Numbered from the stretch's first letter, positions 8,884 to 18,772 are shown. The stretch: DNA of 32,000 nt from Prochlorococcus sp. MIT 0801 (GCF_000757865.1 NZ_CP007754.1:180001-212000), one strand, 5' to 3'. Notes: generated by a model not told the origin, from the letters alone. Made by a program: numbers and translations.

Positions 8884-9630
8884 ATGACGGCCACAAGTCC
8901 CTCAAAGGAAACCATCCTCGTAGCTGATGATGAGGCAAGTATTAGGAGGATCCTAGAAACTCGCCTATCCATGATTGGCTATCAGGTAGTGACTGCTTGT
9001 GATGGAAATGAGGCTTTAGATCTTTTCAGGAATTGTGAGCCTGATTTGGTTGTACTAGATGTCATGATGCCTAAATTAGACGGATATGGAGTTTGCCAGG
9101 AACTAAGAAAGGAATCAGATGTTCCAATAGTCATGCTGACAGCCTTGGGAGATGTTGCAGATAGAATTACTGGTCTAGAGCTAGGTGCTGATGATTATGT
9201 TGTTAAACCATTTAGCCCAAAAGAATTAGAAGCTAGGATTAGATGTGTATTAAGAAGAGTAGAGAAAGAACAAATAGCAGGACTACCTAATTCAGGTGTC
9301 ATTGCAGTTATGAATTTAAAGATTGATACAAATAAGCGTCAGGTTTATAGAAACGATGAACGAATTCGATTAACAGGTATGGAATTTAGTCTTTTAGAAT
9401 TGTTGGTTAGTCGTTCAGGAGAACCTTTTAGTCGAGGTGAAATTCTTAAAGAAGTGTGGGGATATACACCTGAAAGACATGTTGATACGAGAGTAGTGGA
9501 TGTTCATATTTCTAGACTTAGATCAAAACTTGAAGATGATCCTGCAAATCCAGAACTGATACTTACTGCAAGAGGAACAGGTTATCTTTTTCAAAGAATT
9601 GTTGACTCTATGATTCCTGAAGGATCATAA
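8884..9630 (+). CDS. rpaB: OmpR-family response regulator RpaB (Ycf27)
   Basis: ILVADDEASIRRILETRLSMIGY...VLDVMMPKLDGYGVCQELRKESDVPIVMLTALGDVADRITGLELGADDYVVKPFSPKELEARIR is nearly identical to RpaB/Ycf27 as I recall it. Divergent from radA, as in many cyanobacteria. Confidence 0.93.
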   Translation: MTATSPSKETILVADDEASIRRILETRLSMIGYQVVTACDGNEALDLFRNCEPDLVVLDVMMPKLDGYGVCQELRKESDVPIVMLTALGDVADRITGLELGADDYVVKPFSPKELEARIRCVLRRVEKEQIAGLPNSGVIAVMNLKIDTNKRQVYRNDERIRLTGMEFSLLELLVSRSGEPFSRGEILKEVWGYTPERHVDTRVVDVHISRLRSKLEDDPANPELILTARGTGYLFQRIVDSMIPEGS

Positions 9631-9634
9631 ATAA

Positions 9635-10960
9635 GTGGAAAAAAATCACCTAAATAATAAAACAAATCGTTCTAAAGCAATTAGACGATTGGTGATTTGG
9701 TATCGCCGAAACTCAGCTGTAACAAGCCTTGTTGACACTGCAACAAGCTCAGCTACAGCAGCAAGTAATGTGGCAGGAACAGTTGTTTCTAATGCTGGTT
9801 CCGTTGTTACGAATGCTGGATCAATTGCTAGAAGTACATTAGAACCATTTGTGTTTGATCCCCTTAGAAGGCTCCAAGGTGGAGAAAGTACGGATGAGAA
9901 AAATGCAATTCAAGATTCCCAAAGAATTTGGGTCGCTGTCGATGGAATGGGAGGAGATTATGCACCTGGAGCAATTCTTGATGGATGTTTGAAATCTTTG
10001 TCTCTACTTCCTTTGAAAATTAAATTTGTAGGTGAAATTGAGAAAGTAGAAAAAGCAGCGATTGAATTTGGCTTAAAAGAATCTCTAGACAAAGCGATTG
10101 AAGATGGAAAATTTCAATTAATTTCTAGTGGTCTCTCCGTTGGCATGGATGAAGAAGCCACTGCAGTGCGTAAAAAAAAGGATGCGAGCATAAATATTGC
10201 AATGAAATTGGTTAGAGAAGGAAAAGCGATGGGTGTCTATTCCGCTGGGAACTCTGGAGCAATGATGGCCTCAGCTATTTTTAAATTGGGACGTTTAAAA
10301 GGAATTGATCGTCCAGCAATTGGAGCATTATTCCCAACTAAAGACCCTGGCCAACCTGTATTGGTTTTAGATGTTGGAGCAAATATGGATTGCAAACCAA
10401 CCTATTTGCATCAATTTGCCCTTCTTGGAAATATATACAGTCGAGATGTTTTGCAGGTAGACAAGCCAAGAATAGGATTATTAAATATTGGCGAAGAATC
10501 TTGTAAGGGTAATGATCTGTCTCTAGCAACTTACAAACTTTTAAACGAGGAAGAACGTTTTTGCTTTTCTGGAAATTGTGAAGGGCGAGATGTTTTATCA
10601 GGCGATTTTGATGTTGTGGTTTGTGATGGATTTACAGGAAACATTTTGCTTAAATTTTTAGAATCAGTAGGAAGCGTACTTTTGGGAGTTTTAAGAGCTG
10701 AGTTGCCGAGAGGAAGAAGAGGCAAAGTTGGTTCTGCTTTTTTAAGAAATAATTTAAAACGAATAAAGAAACGCCTAGATCATGCAGAACATGGTGGGGC
10801 TTTGCTTTTAGGAATTAATGGAATTTGTGTTATTGGTCACGGAGGAAGTAAAGCTTTATCTGTTTTAAGTGCTTTAAGAGTTGTGCATTCAGCGGCAAGT
10901 CATGGAGTAATGGATGATTTAGCGGATTTGAATAAACCAGAAGTCTTAAGCTCTGATTAG
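9635..10960 (+). CDS. plsX: Phosphate acyltransferase PlsX with a roughly 96-aa N-terminal extension
   Basis: The core starts at RIWVAVDGMGGDYAP (about nt 9923) and continues through GNSGAMMA and GHGGS. The upstream 96 codons are stop-free in AT-rich DNA. GTG start sits 4 nt after the rpaB stop, with GAAGGA about 10 nt upstream. Confidence 0.88.
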   Translation: MEKNHLNNKTNRSKAIRRLVIWYRRNSAVTSLVDTATSSATAASNVAGTVVSNAGSVVTNAGSIARSTLEPFVFDPLRRLQGGESTDEKNAIQDSQRIWVAVDGMGGDYAPGAILDGCLKSLSLLPLKIKFVGEIEKVEKAAIEFGLKESLDKAIEDGKFQLISSGLSVGMDEEATAVRKKKDASINIAMKLVREGKAMGVYSAGNSGAMMASAIFKLGRLKGIDRPAIGALFPTKDPGQPVLVLDVGANMDCKPTYLHQFALLGNIYSRDVLQVDKPRIGLLNIGEESCKGNDLSLATYKLLNEEERFCFSGNCEGRDVLSGDFDVVVCDGFTGNILLKFLESVGSVLLGVLRAELPRGRRGKVGSAFLRNNLKRIKKRLDHAEHGGALLLGINGICVIGHGGSKALSVLSALRVVHSAASHGVMDDLADLNKPEVLSSD

Positions 10961-11009
10961 AACTGTCCTACTATGTGATTGACTTATGAAATGAGAGCTT
11001 TTTTTAGAT

Positions 11010-12026
11010 TTGATTAGCAATTCTCAATGGGACTCAGGAATATCTTTTGTGGGGTGCGGAAGCGCTACCCCACAAAAGGTAATTAGTAATGATCAACTTG
11101 GTCAGAGAGTGGATACTAATGATCAGTGGATTCAAAGTCGAACTGGTATTAGCGAAAGAAGGATTATTGGAGATCATGAGTCTTTGATTGAGTTAGCTAC
11201 TGATGCAGCACTGAATGCCGTTGAAATGGCTAATTGGGATGTGAAAACTATCGATTTGATAATTCTTGCAACATCGACTCCAGAAGATTTATTTGGCTCG
11301 GCCCCTAAAATTCAATCAAATTTGGGAGCTTCCAATGCATTCGCTTTTGATTTAACTGCTGCTTGTAGTGGTTTTTTATTTGCTTTGGTAACTGCCTCAC
11401 AATATTTAGCTTCTGGATCTATTAAAAGAGCTGTTGTGATTGGAGCAGACCAATTATCAAAATGGGTAGATTGGGATGATAGAAAGACGTGTGTTTTGTT
11501 TGGAGATGGCGCAGGAGCAGTAGCTCTTGAGAATTCTGGTGATGAAAGTGGTTTGATTGGATACGATTTGAAGTCAGATGGAAGTAAAGGAGGTTGCTTA
11601 AACCTTGCTCAATCAAATATTTTTTTAGATTTAGTTAAAGGAGCTACTCATCAAAAAGGTGAATATTTGCCAATCAAAATGGAGGGAAAGGAGGTTTATA
11701 AGTTTGCAGTTAAAGAAGTTCCAATCATTCTTGGAGAAATCTTAGAAAAATATCAAATTAAGTCTGAGAATATAGATTGGCTCTTATTGCACCAAGCTAA
11801 TCAAAGAATTCTTGATGCTGTAGCCTCAAGATTTTCAATACCATCCGAAAAAGTGCTTTCAAATTTGAAATATTATGGGAATACCTCAGCAGCAACGATT
11901 CCATTGATGCTTGATGAGGCAGTTAGAGATCATAGGATTAAATTCGGAGACTTAATAGCATGTAGTGGATTTGGTGCTGGCTTGAGTTGGGGAGCCGCTT
12001 TGTTTTATTGGCATGGTCCCCATTAA
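11010..12026 (+). CDS. fabH: 3-oxoacyl-ACP synthase III
   Basis: Active-site context AACSGF, HQANQRI, GNTSAATIP. TTG start, so the exact start is uncertain by a few codons. Confidence 0.92.
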   Translation: MISNSQWDSGISFVGCGSATPQKVISNDQLGQRVDTNDQWIQSRTGISERRIIGDHESLIELATDAALNAVEMANWDVKTIDLIILATSTPEDLFGSAPKIQSNLGASNAFAFDLTAACSGFLFALVTASQYLASGSIKRAVVIGADQLSKWVDWDDRKTCVLFGDGAGAVALENSGDESGLIGYDLKSDGSKGGCLNLAQSNIFLDLVKGATHQKGEYLPIKMEGKEVYKFAVKEVPIILGEILEKYQIKSENIDWLLLHQANQRILDAVASRFSIPSEKVLSNLKYYGNTSAATIPLMLDEAVRDHRIKFGDLIACSGFGAGLSWGAALFYWHGPH

Positions 12027-12053
12027 GCTGTTTAACAATTAATCTAGAAAATC

Positions 12054-12950
12054 ATGACTATCGCCTGGGTCTTTCCTGGACAAGGCTCTCAAAAATTAGG
12101 AATGGCAAATTCCTTACTAGATTTGCCTGGTTCGAGAGATAGATTTGAATTGGCATCTCAAATTCTTGGAAGAGATCTTTGGAAAATCTGTTGTGGCGAG
12201 GGTATCCCTAACGAAGAAATATATGATTTAAACGATACTAGAAATACTCAACCTGCACTTTTTGTTGTTGAGTCACTATTGGTTGATGATTTAAAAAGAC
12301 AAGAAAGGGAGACTCAACTAATTGCAGGGCACAGTCTTGGAGAGATAGTTGGTCTTTATTCAGCAGATGTTTTAGATGCGAAGACGGCTTTATTGTTATT
12401 AAAGAAAAGATCTGAATTGATGGCAGTTGCCGGAGGAGGAGCAATGATTGCTGTTTTGGGCTTTGATCGAAATGAATTAGATGATTTGATTAGAGAAACT
12501 GAGGGAGCTGCAATAGCCAATGACAATAGTGAATCTCAAGTTGTTTTATCTGGTTCTCCAGAGGCAGTAAGGAAAGTGGCTGATAATTTAAAATGTAAAA
12601 GAGCAATCCCTTTAAAAGTTTCAGGTGCTTTTCACTCCAAATTTATGACTGAAGCATCTCAAAGTTTTGCTGAAGAACTTGATCAAGTAACTTTTCAAGA
12701 TGCTCAAATTCCAGTTCTTAGCAATGTGGATCCAACTCCAACCCTAAATGGTGACATATTGAAGGATCGCCTCAAAAAACAAATGTCTACTGGAGTTAGG
12801 TGGCGAGAGACTATGCATAAAATGCAAAAAGAGGGAATAACGACATTGGTCGAGATTGGACCTGGAAATGTTCTTAGTGGTCTTGCTAAACGATCAATGA
12901 AAGGTGTATTGACAAGTCAAATATCAAATTCAAGTGATTTGGGTTATTGA
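12054..12950 (+). CDS. fabD: Malonyl-CoA:ACP transacylase
   Basis: FPGQGSQ, nucleophile elbow GHSLGE, and SGAFHS motifs. Confidence 0.93.
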   Translation: MTIAWVFPGQGSQKLGMANSLLDLPGSRDRFELASQILGRDLWKICCGEGIPNEEIYDLNDTRNTQPALFVVESLLVDDLKRQERETQLIAGHSLGEIVGLYSADVLDAKTALLLLKKRSELMAVAGGGAMIAVLGFDRNELDDLIRETEGAAIANDNSESQVVLSGSPEAVRKVADNLKCKRAIPLKVSGAFHSKFMTEASQSFAEELDQVTFQDAQIPVLSNVDPTPTLNGDILKDRLKKQMSTGVRWRETMHKMQKEGITTLVEIGPGNVLSGLAKRSMKGVLTSQISNSSDLGY

Positions 12951-13633
12951 TTTTGGAACAATTTAGAGTTGTGAAGGGAGTTGAAAAAATCCATAAAAAT
13001 AGACCTAGACAAAGTTTAGTTTATGGATGCGTCAGTTATTTTTTCGCTTTTCCGATCTTTCGCTTTTTGTTTAGAGGTAAAACATTAGGGATTTCGAATT
13101 TACCCAAAACAGGTGGAGTTGTTGTTGTTTCTAATCATGGTTCTCATCTGGACCCCCCGATTTTGGGTCATGCTTTAGGTAGACCGGTGGCTTTCATGGC
13201 AAAATCTGAACTTTTCAAGGTGCCCATATTGTCATTCATAATTTCTGGTTGCGGGGCCTATCCAGTTAAGAGAGGAGCTGGAGATAGAGAGGCAATTAGA
13301 AATGCATCTAATCGATTAAGCGAAGGTTGGGCTACAGGTGTGTTTTTGGATGGAACCAGACAAAAAAATGGGAGAGTTAATGATCCTAAACCAGGAGCTG
13401 CTCTCCTGGCAGCGAGGACAGGATCCCCTATCCTTCCTGTGGCAATAGTTAATAGTCACAGAGCTTTCCCTAAAGGATCTCTTCTGCCCCGACTTGTATC
13501 TATTCACTTAAGAGTTGGTGAATTAATTCCCCCTCCTGAAACAAAGAAAAGAGAAGATTTAATATCAACAACTAAAGAAATTCAAATATCTATAAATTCA
13601 ATGTTGGATGAAGGCCTAATACAGAATATCTGA
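12947..13633 (+). CDS. plsC: 1-acyl-sn-glycerol-3-phosphate acyltransferase
   Basis: Acyltransferase HX4D motif NHGSHLDP, plus FLDGTR and PILPVAI blocks. TTG start overlaps the fabD stop by 4 nt. Confidence 0.85.
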   Translation: MILEQFRVVKGVEKIHKNRPRQSLVYGCVSYFFAFPIFRFLFRGKTLGISNLPKTGGVVVVSNHGSHLDPPILGHALGRPVAFMAKSELFKVPILSFIISGCGAYPVKRGAGDREAIRNASNRLSEGWATGVFLDGTRQKNGRVNDPKPGAALLAARTGSPILPVAIVNSHRAFPKGSLLPRLVSIHLRVGELIPPPETKKREDLISTTKEIQISINSMLDEGLIQNI

Positions 13634-13681
13634 AATTAAGTGATCTCTAAAAGATTAGAAAATATTGGGACTTATGAATTT

Positions 13682-14344
13682 TTATTTTTGATTATCGGTT
13701 GGCGAAGTTGGATAGATGGGTAAGATTGTTTTCCAATTAGAATCAAAGTTTGATTTCTGACAATATTCAGAAAAATTGATCAATGAAATAATATCTTTTT
13801 CTATATTATTTGAAGGCTTAATAAATGGATTTATTAGTTTTTCATTGCTTATCAATTGTGGAGGAATTATTTCATTAAATTCATAGAAATCTGACTCTTG
13901 GTCAATTTTAATGAATTCATATTTACCAGCTACAATGCCTCTTCGTGGCAAAATATCTTTTATCCAAAATGGACTAGAAATTTGATCTTGATCAAGATAT
14001 TTGTAAAGTCTTGGAGCCATTAAATGAAAGGAACTCATCGAATCGAGGGAACAATCAATTTGCTGAGCAATTGTTCTAGCCATTGAGATAGTTAATCTTG
14101 TGCTGGTATAACTTCCAGGCCCTTTTGCTACTGAAATTCGAATTATTTGCTTCCAAAATTTCCTAGGAAGAATTGTTTCTATACAATTAAATAATTTATT
14201 GGATAATGCTCGTCCAATATTGAATACAGCGCTTTTTATTATTTTTTCTTTATTCTCTATATCCTTAACTGCAATCCCAAAAGACTCTGATGTGCTATGT
14301 AAGGCTAATAAATATTTTGATTTTGAGGTGTAGAAATTTTGCAA
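13682..14344 (-). CDS. tsaB: TsaB/YeaZ-like (M22 glycoprotease-family) t6A biosynthesis protein
   Basis: N-terminal LALHSTSESFGIAV (ASKHA-fold beta-strand pattern) and GPGSYTSTRL motif typical of TsaB. Confidence 0.7.
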   Translation of the reverse strand: MQNFYTSKSKYLLALHSTSESFGIAVKDIENKEKIIKSAVFNIGRALSNKLFNCIETILPRKFWKQIIRISVAKGPGSYTSTRLTISMARTIAQQIDCSLDSMSSFHLMAPRLYKYLDQDQISSPFWIKDILPRRGIVAGKYEFIKIDQESDFYEFNEIIPPQLISNEKLINPFIKPSNNIEKDIISLINFSEYCQKSNFDSNWKTILPIYPTSPTDNQK

Positions 14345-14361
14345 TTAATTTGATATAAGTA

Positions 14362-14613
14362 TTATTTTGGAATTTCTTCTCCTGGACGGAGCCTGCTCCA
14401 TTTTCCCTGATCTGGTTGAAAACTATCGCATCCTCTAACATCCCATTCGATTCCTATTTCATTCTCAGGCATATCAAAAATATTGATGTGAATTTTTGGA
14501 TTATTTCCCTGAAAATCTGGATCTTCAGAAAGATGCCTGACCCCATGATTTTCCTCAACTGTGTAGTAGGTCTTACAACTATCTACCCAAGCACAATCAA
14601 CACAAATGCACAT
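14362..14613 (-). CDS. ycf34: Ycf34 iron-sulfur protein
   Basis: MCICVDCAWVDSCKTYYTVEENHG is the conserved Cys-rich N-terminus of cyanobacterial/plastid Ycf34. Confidence 0.88.
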   Translation of the reverse strand: MCICVDCAWVDSCKTYYTVEENHGVRHLSEDPDFQGNNPKIHINIFDMPENEIGIEWDVRGCDSFQPDQGKWSRLRPGEEIPK

Positions 14614-14642
14614 AACTGTTCAGATGAAATCTTGGTGTCATT

Positions 14643-15836
14643 TTGATAATTAAACACACTTTACTATCAAATGATCTTTATGGAGATCTAAACCAAAAAG
14701 ATTGGCCAATATCCATAGATGATTTGCCTCCTGAAAGTGCTCTGGTCGGAGGTTCTGTTAGAGATTCATTGCTGAACAAATTGAGTCCAAAACCTGATTT
14801 GGATTTTGTTATTCCAATAAATGCTATTAAGTTCAGCGAGAATTTATCTAAAAAGATTAATGCCACTTTTATAAAGCTAGATGAAAAGAGAGATATTGCT
14901 CGATTAGTGATTAATGGATGGACTCTAGATTTTGCTCGACAAGTAGGAGAGAATCTTAAAGATGATTTATTAAGAAGAGATTTTCGAATAAATGCAATAG
15001 CTATAAAGCTCAAAGAAAAGCCAGAAATTTATGACCCGATGGGGGGAATGGATGATTTAAAAAGTAAGAAAATTGTTGCGATAAGCAAGAAGAACTTGCT
15101 TGATGATCCTTTGAGGCTTCTTAGGGGTTTCAGATTAATGTGTGAATTAGATTTTGAGTTAGAAGAAAAAACTAAAGGGTTCCTAAAAAATAATGTAGAA
15201 AAATTAAATAATGTTGCACCTGAGAGGATAAAAATGGAAATCTTGAAAATTGTTCATTCAAAATGGAATTCCTCAGTTTGGCAAACATATTCAGAACTGC
15301 AATTATTGAAAAATTGGAATGACTATAATCTTGACTATACTGAGCTAAAAAGAAAAGATATTGCCTCAAAAAATCCACTATTTGGAAGTTTTTTTGCAAA
15401 GTTAATCTTTTTACTCAGTGATGAGGGCTTGTCCAGATTGACGTTTAGTAAAAATGAAATTAAAAGATGCAAGAACTTGAGGCTTTGGGTTCAAAAAATT
15501 AATAATTTAGATTTAGATGATTTTTCCGAAGATCAAAGATTTCAACTTCACGTTGATTTGGAAGAGGATTTGCCTTCTTTCATCCTTTTTTTGAAACAAA
15601 TACATGCAGACCCTTGGCTGGAACGCTGGAAAGACCCCTCTGACCCCCTCTTTCACCCTTCTTCCCCCCTTGACGGCCATGTGCTTCAAAAAATATTTCG
15701 ACTCCCCCCTGGCCCGCTCTTGGGAGATCTCATTAGACATCTTTCTAAGGAAAAAGCTTATGGAAGGTTCTTCACTGACAGCGAGGCTTTGGAGGTCGCT
15801 CGTAAATGGACCCTAGAGAATTCACCCTTTTTGTGA
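14643..15836 (+). CDS. tRNA nucleotidyltransferase / poly(A) polymerase-family enzyme (CCA-adding class II)
   Basis: Head-domain motifs LVGGSVRDSLL, DLDFVI, RRDFRINAIA. TTG is the only plausible in-frame start upstream of the GG.VRD motif. Confidence 0.85.
   Translation: MIIKHTLLSNDLYGDLNQKDWPISIDDLPPESALVGGSVRDSLLNKLSPKPDLDFVIPINAIKFSENLSKKINATFIKLDEKRDIARLVINGWTLDFARQVGENLKDDLLRRDFRINAIAIKLKEKPEIYDPMGGMDDLKSKKIVAISKKNLLDDPLRLLRGFRLMCELDFELEEKTKGFLKNNVEKLNNVAPERIKMEILKIVHSKWNSSVWQTYSELQLLKNWNDYNLDYTELKRKDIASKNPLFGSFFAKLIFLLSDEGLSRLTFSKNEIKRCKNLRLWVQKINNLDLDDFSEDQRFQLHVDLEEDLPSFILFLKQIHADPWLERWKDPSDPLFHPSSPLDGHVLQKIFRLPPGPLLGDLIRHLSKEKAYGRFFTDSEALEVARKWTLENSPFL
15635..15669 (-). other. Canonical G-quadruplex / i-motif-forming tract (four C-runs on the + strand) inside the cca-family gene 3' end
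   Basis: C4 (15635-38), C5 (15644-48), C3 (15656-58) and C6 (15664-69) are separated by loops of 5, 7 and 5 nt, which fits G3+N1-7 x4 on the minus strand. The motif is directly visible. Function is unknown. Confidence 0.5.
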
Positions 15837-15902
15837 TTAACTACACAAATCAAAGTAATCTCGGCCGCATGCCGTCGTCTTCTTATCTTCCTTTTTTTCT
15901 AA

Positions 15903-16334
15903 ATGAGTGTTCGCCTTTACGTCGGTAATTTGCCGCAGAATGTCAATGTTAAAGAACTTGAAGCCCTCCTAACATCCATTGGAGATGGAATCAAATTTAA
16001 AGCTGTTTTTGATAGAGATACCAAGGCTTGTAGAGGATTTGGTTTCGCTAATGTCAAAGATGAGAATGTCTCAAATGAGCTGATTGAAAAATTTAATGGC
16101 TATGAATTTAACGGCAACAAATTGAGGGTTGAGCGTTCTGAACGAAAAGACTCAAATTCCAGTAATTCAAGAAGAGGAGCTGGTGCTAACAATGTAAATA
16201 AAGGTTCTAATCGTAAAGATGTTAAGAAAGTTGTACATAGCGATGCGCCAATTAAAGAAGCTCCAGATCCAAGATGGGCTGGAGAACTATCAAAGTTAAA
16301 GGATCTTTTAGCTAATCAAAAAACTCCCTCTTAA
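15903..16334 (+). CDS. RRM-type RNA-binding protein with a long basic C-terminal extension (Rbp3-like class)
   Basis: RNP2 LYVGNL and RNP1 RGFGFANV motifs. The C-terminal tail carries PDPRWAGELSKLKDLL instead of a Gly-rich tail. Confidence 0.9.
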   Translation: MSVRLYVGNLPQNVNVKELEALLTSIGDGIKFKAVFDRDTKACRGFGFANVKDENVSNELIEKFNGYEFNGNKLRVERSERKDSNSSNSRRGAGANNVNKGSNRKDVKKVVHSDAPIKEAPDPRWAGELSKLKDLLANQKTPS

Positions 16335-16338
16335 AAGT

Positions 16339-17277
16339 TCAATTAATTAGTGTTTTAAGTTTATATTTTTCATCGTTGATAGTTATCAGATATGAGATGG
16401 GTATGTTTACAGCTTTAACCCATCCCTTTACATAAGCTCGATTGCTAAAGACGTCATAATCAAGTTTTTCAATTGAACTTAATATTCCCCTATATAGCCT
16501 TAATGAGGTCCATATAGGCCACCTTGCATCTATGGAAAGCCATTTTATACCTTCTTCAGATTTTTGGAACCAATCTCTGGCTCTGGCTAATTGAAAAGCC
16601 ATTAAAGCTTTCCAGTTTTCATTGATTATTCCTTTCATTAGATCTTCTTCGGAGTAATTAAATTTTTCTAAATCCTCTAATGGCAAATAAATGCGGCCTC
16701 TAAACCTATCTTCTCCAACATCTCTGAGAATATTTGTTAGTTGATTCGCGATTCCTAGAGCTATTGCTGCTCGTGAAGTATTAGGCGGTGGCAAATTTGG
16801 GTTACGTGTATAGGCAGCATCAATTCCTATTACGCCTTGTGTCATCAACCCAACAGTTCCAGCGACTCGATAACAGTACAGTTCAAGTTCTTCAAAGGTT
16901 TTGTATCTGGTTGTATATAAATCCATTCTCTGGCCTTCAATCATGTCTATGTATGGCTGAATAGACTGAGGAAATTTTTGAAGAGTATCAGATAGGACAG
17001 CATCAAGATCATCTTCGGTATTACCAGCAAAAATATTTTTTGTTTTGTCTTCCCATTTATTCAGTCGATCTGATAACTCATTTCTAGATTTTTTTTGAGC
17101 TTCAATGCTGTCCATTAGCTCATCTGTTCTACGGCACCAAACATAAATAGCCCAGATTGCTTTGCGTTTAGCAGGGGGCAGCAACATGGTGCCAAGGTAG
17201 AAGGTCTTGGCCCATTGTGCAGTTTCTTTTCTGCAAGCCTCGTAGGCATCCTCTAGATTAAAAGAAGGTTGCGCCAA
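16339..17277 (-). CDS. crtB: Phytoene synthase
   Basis: YCYRVAGTVGLM and NILRDVGED squalene/phytoene synthase signatures. Lies downstream of pds on the same strand. Confidence 0.93.
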   Translation of the reverse strand: MAQPSFNLEDAYEACRKETAQWAKTFYLGTMLLPPAKRKAIWAIYVWCRRTDELMDSIEAQKKSRNELSDRLNKWEDKTKNIFAGNTEDDLDAVLSDTLQKFPQSIQPYIDMIEGQRMDLYTTRYKTFEELELYCYRVAGTVGLMTQGVIGIDAAYTRNPNLPPPNTSRAAIALGIANQLTNILRDVGEDRFRGRIYLPLEDLEKFNYSEEDLMKGIINENWKALMAFQLARARDWFQKSEEGIKWLSIDARWPIWTSLRLYRGILSSIEKLDYDVFSNRAYVKGWVKAVNIPISYLITINDEKYKLKTLIN

Positions 17278-17359
17278 AATTAGAAGTTTGTAAGTTTTTT
17301 AGTTTGCATTAAATCTTGAATTGCAATTTTCAATAAATTCTTATTGTTATACATTAAGA

Positions 17360-18772
<1,413 letters not shown>

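Noticed and set aside
10338-15816. ORF-track ORFs 10338-10529(-), 10531-10725(-), 11422-11616(-), 12238-12444(-), 13316-13507(-), 14416-14646(+), 14678-15013(-), 15172-15399(-), 15513-15740(-), 15604-15816(+)
   Set aside because: These are shadow ORFs within plsX, fabH, fabD, plsC, ycf34 and the cca-family gene. The two at 15513-15816 are open only because the local GC spike removes stop codons.
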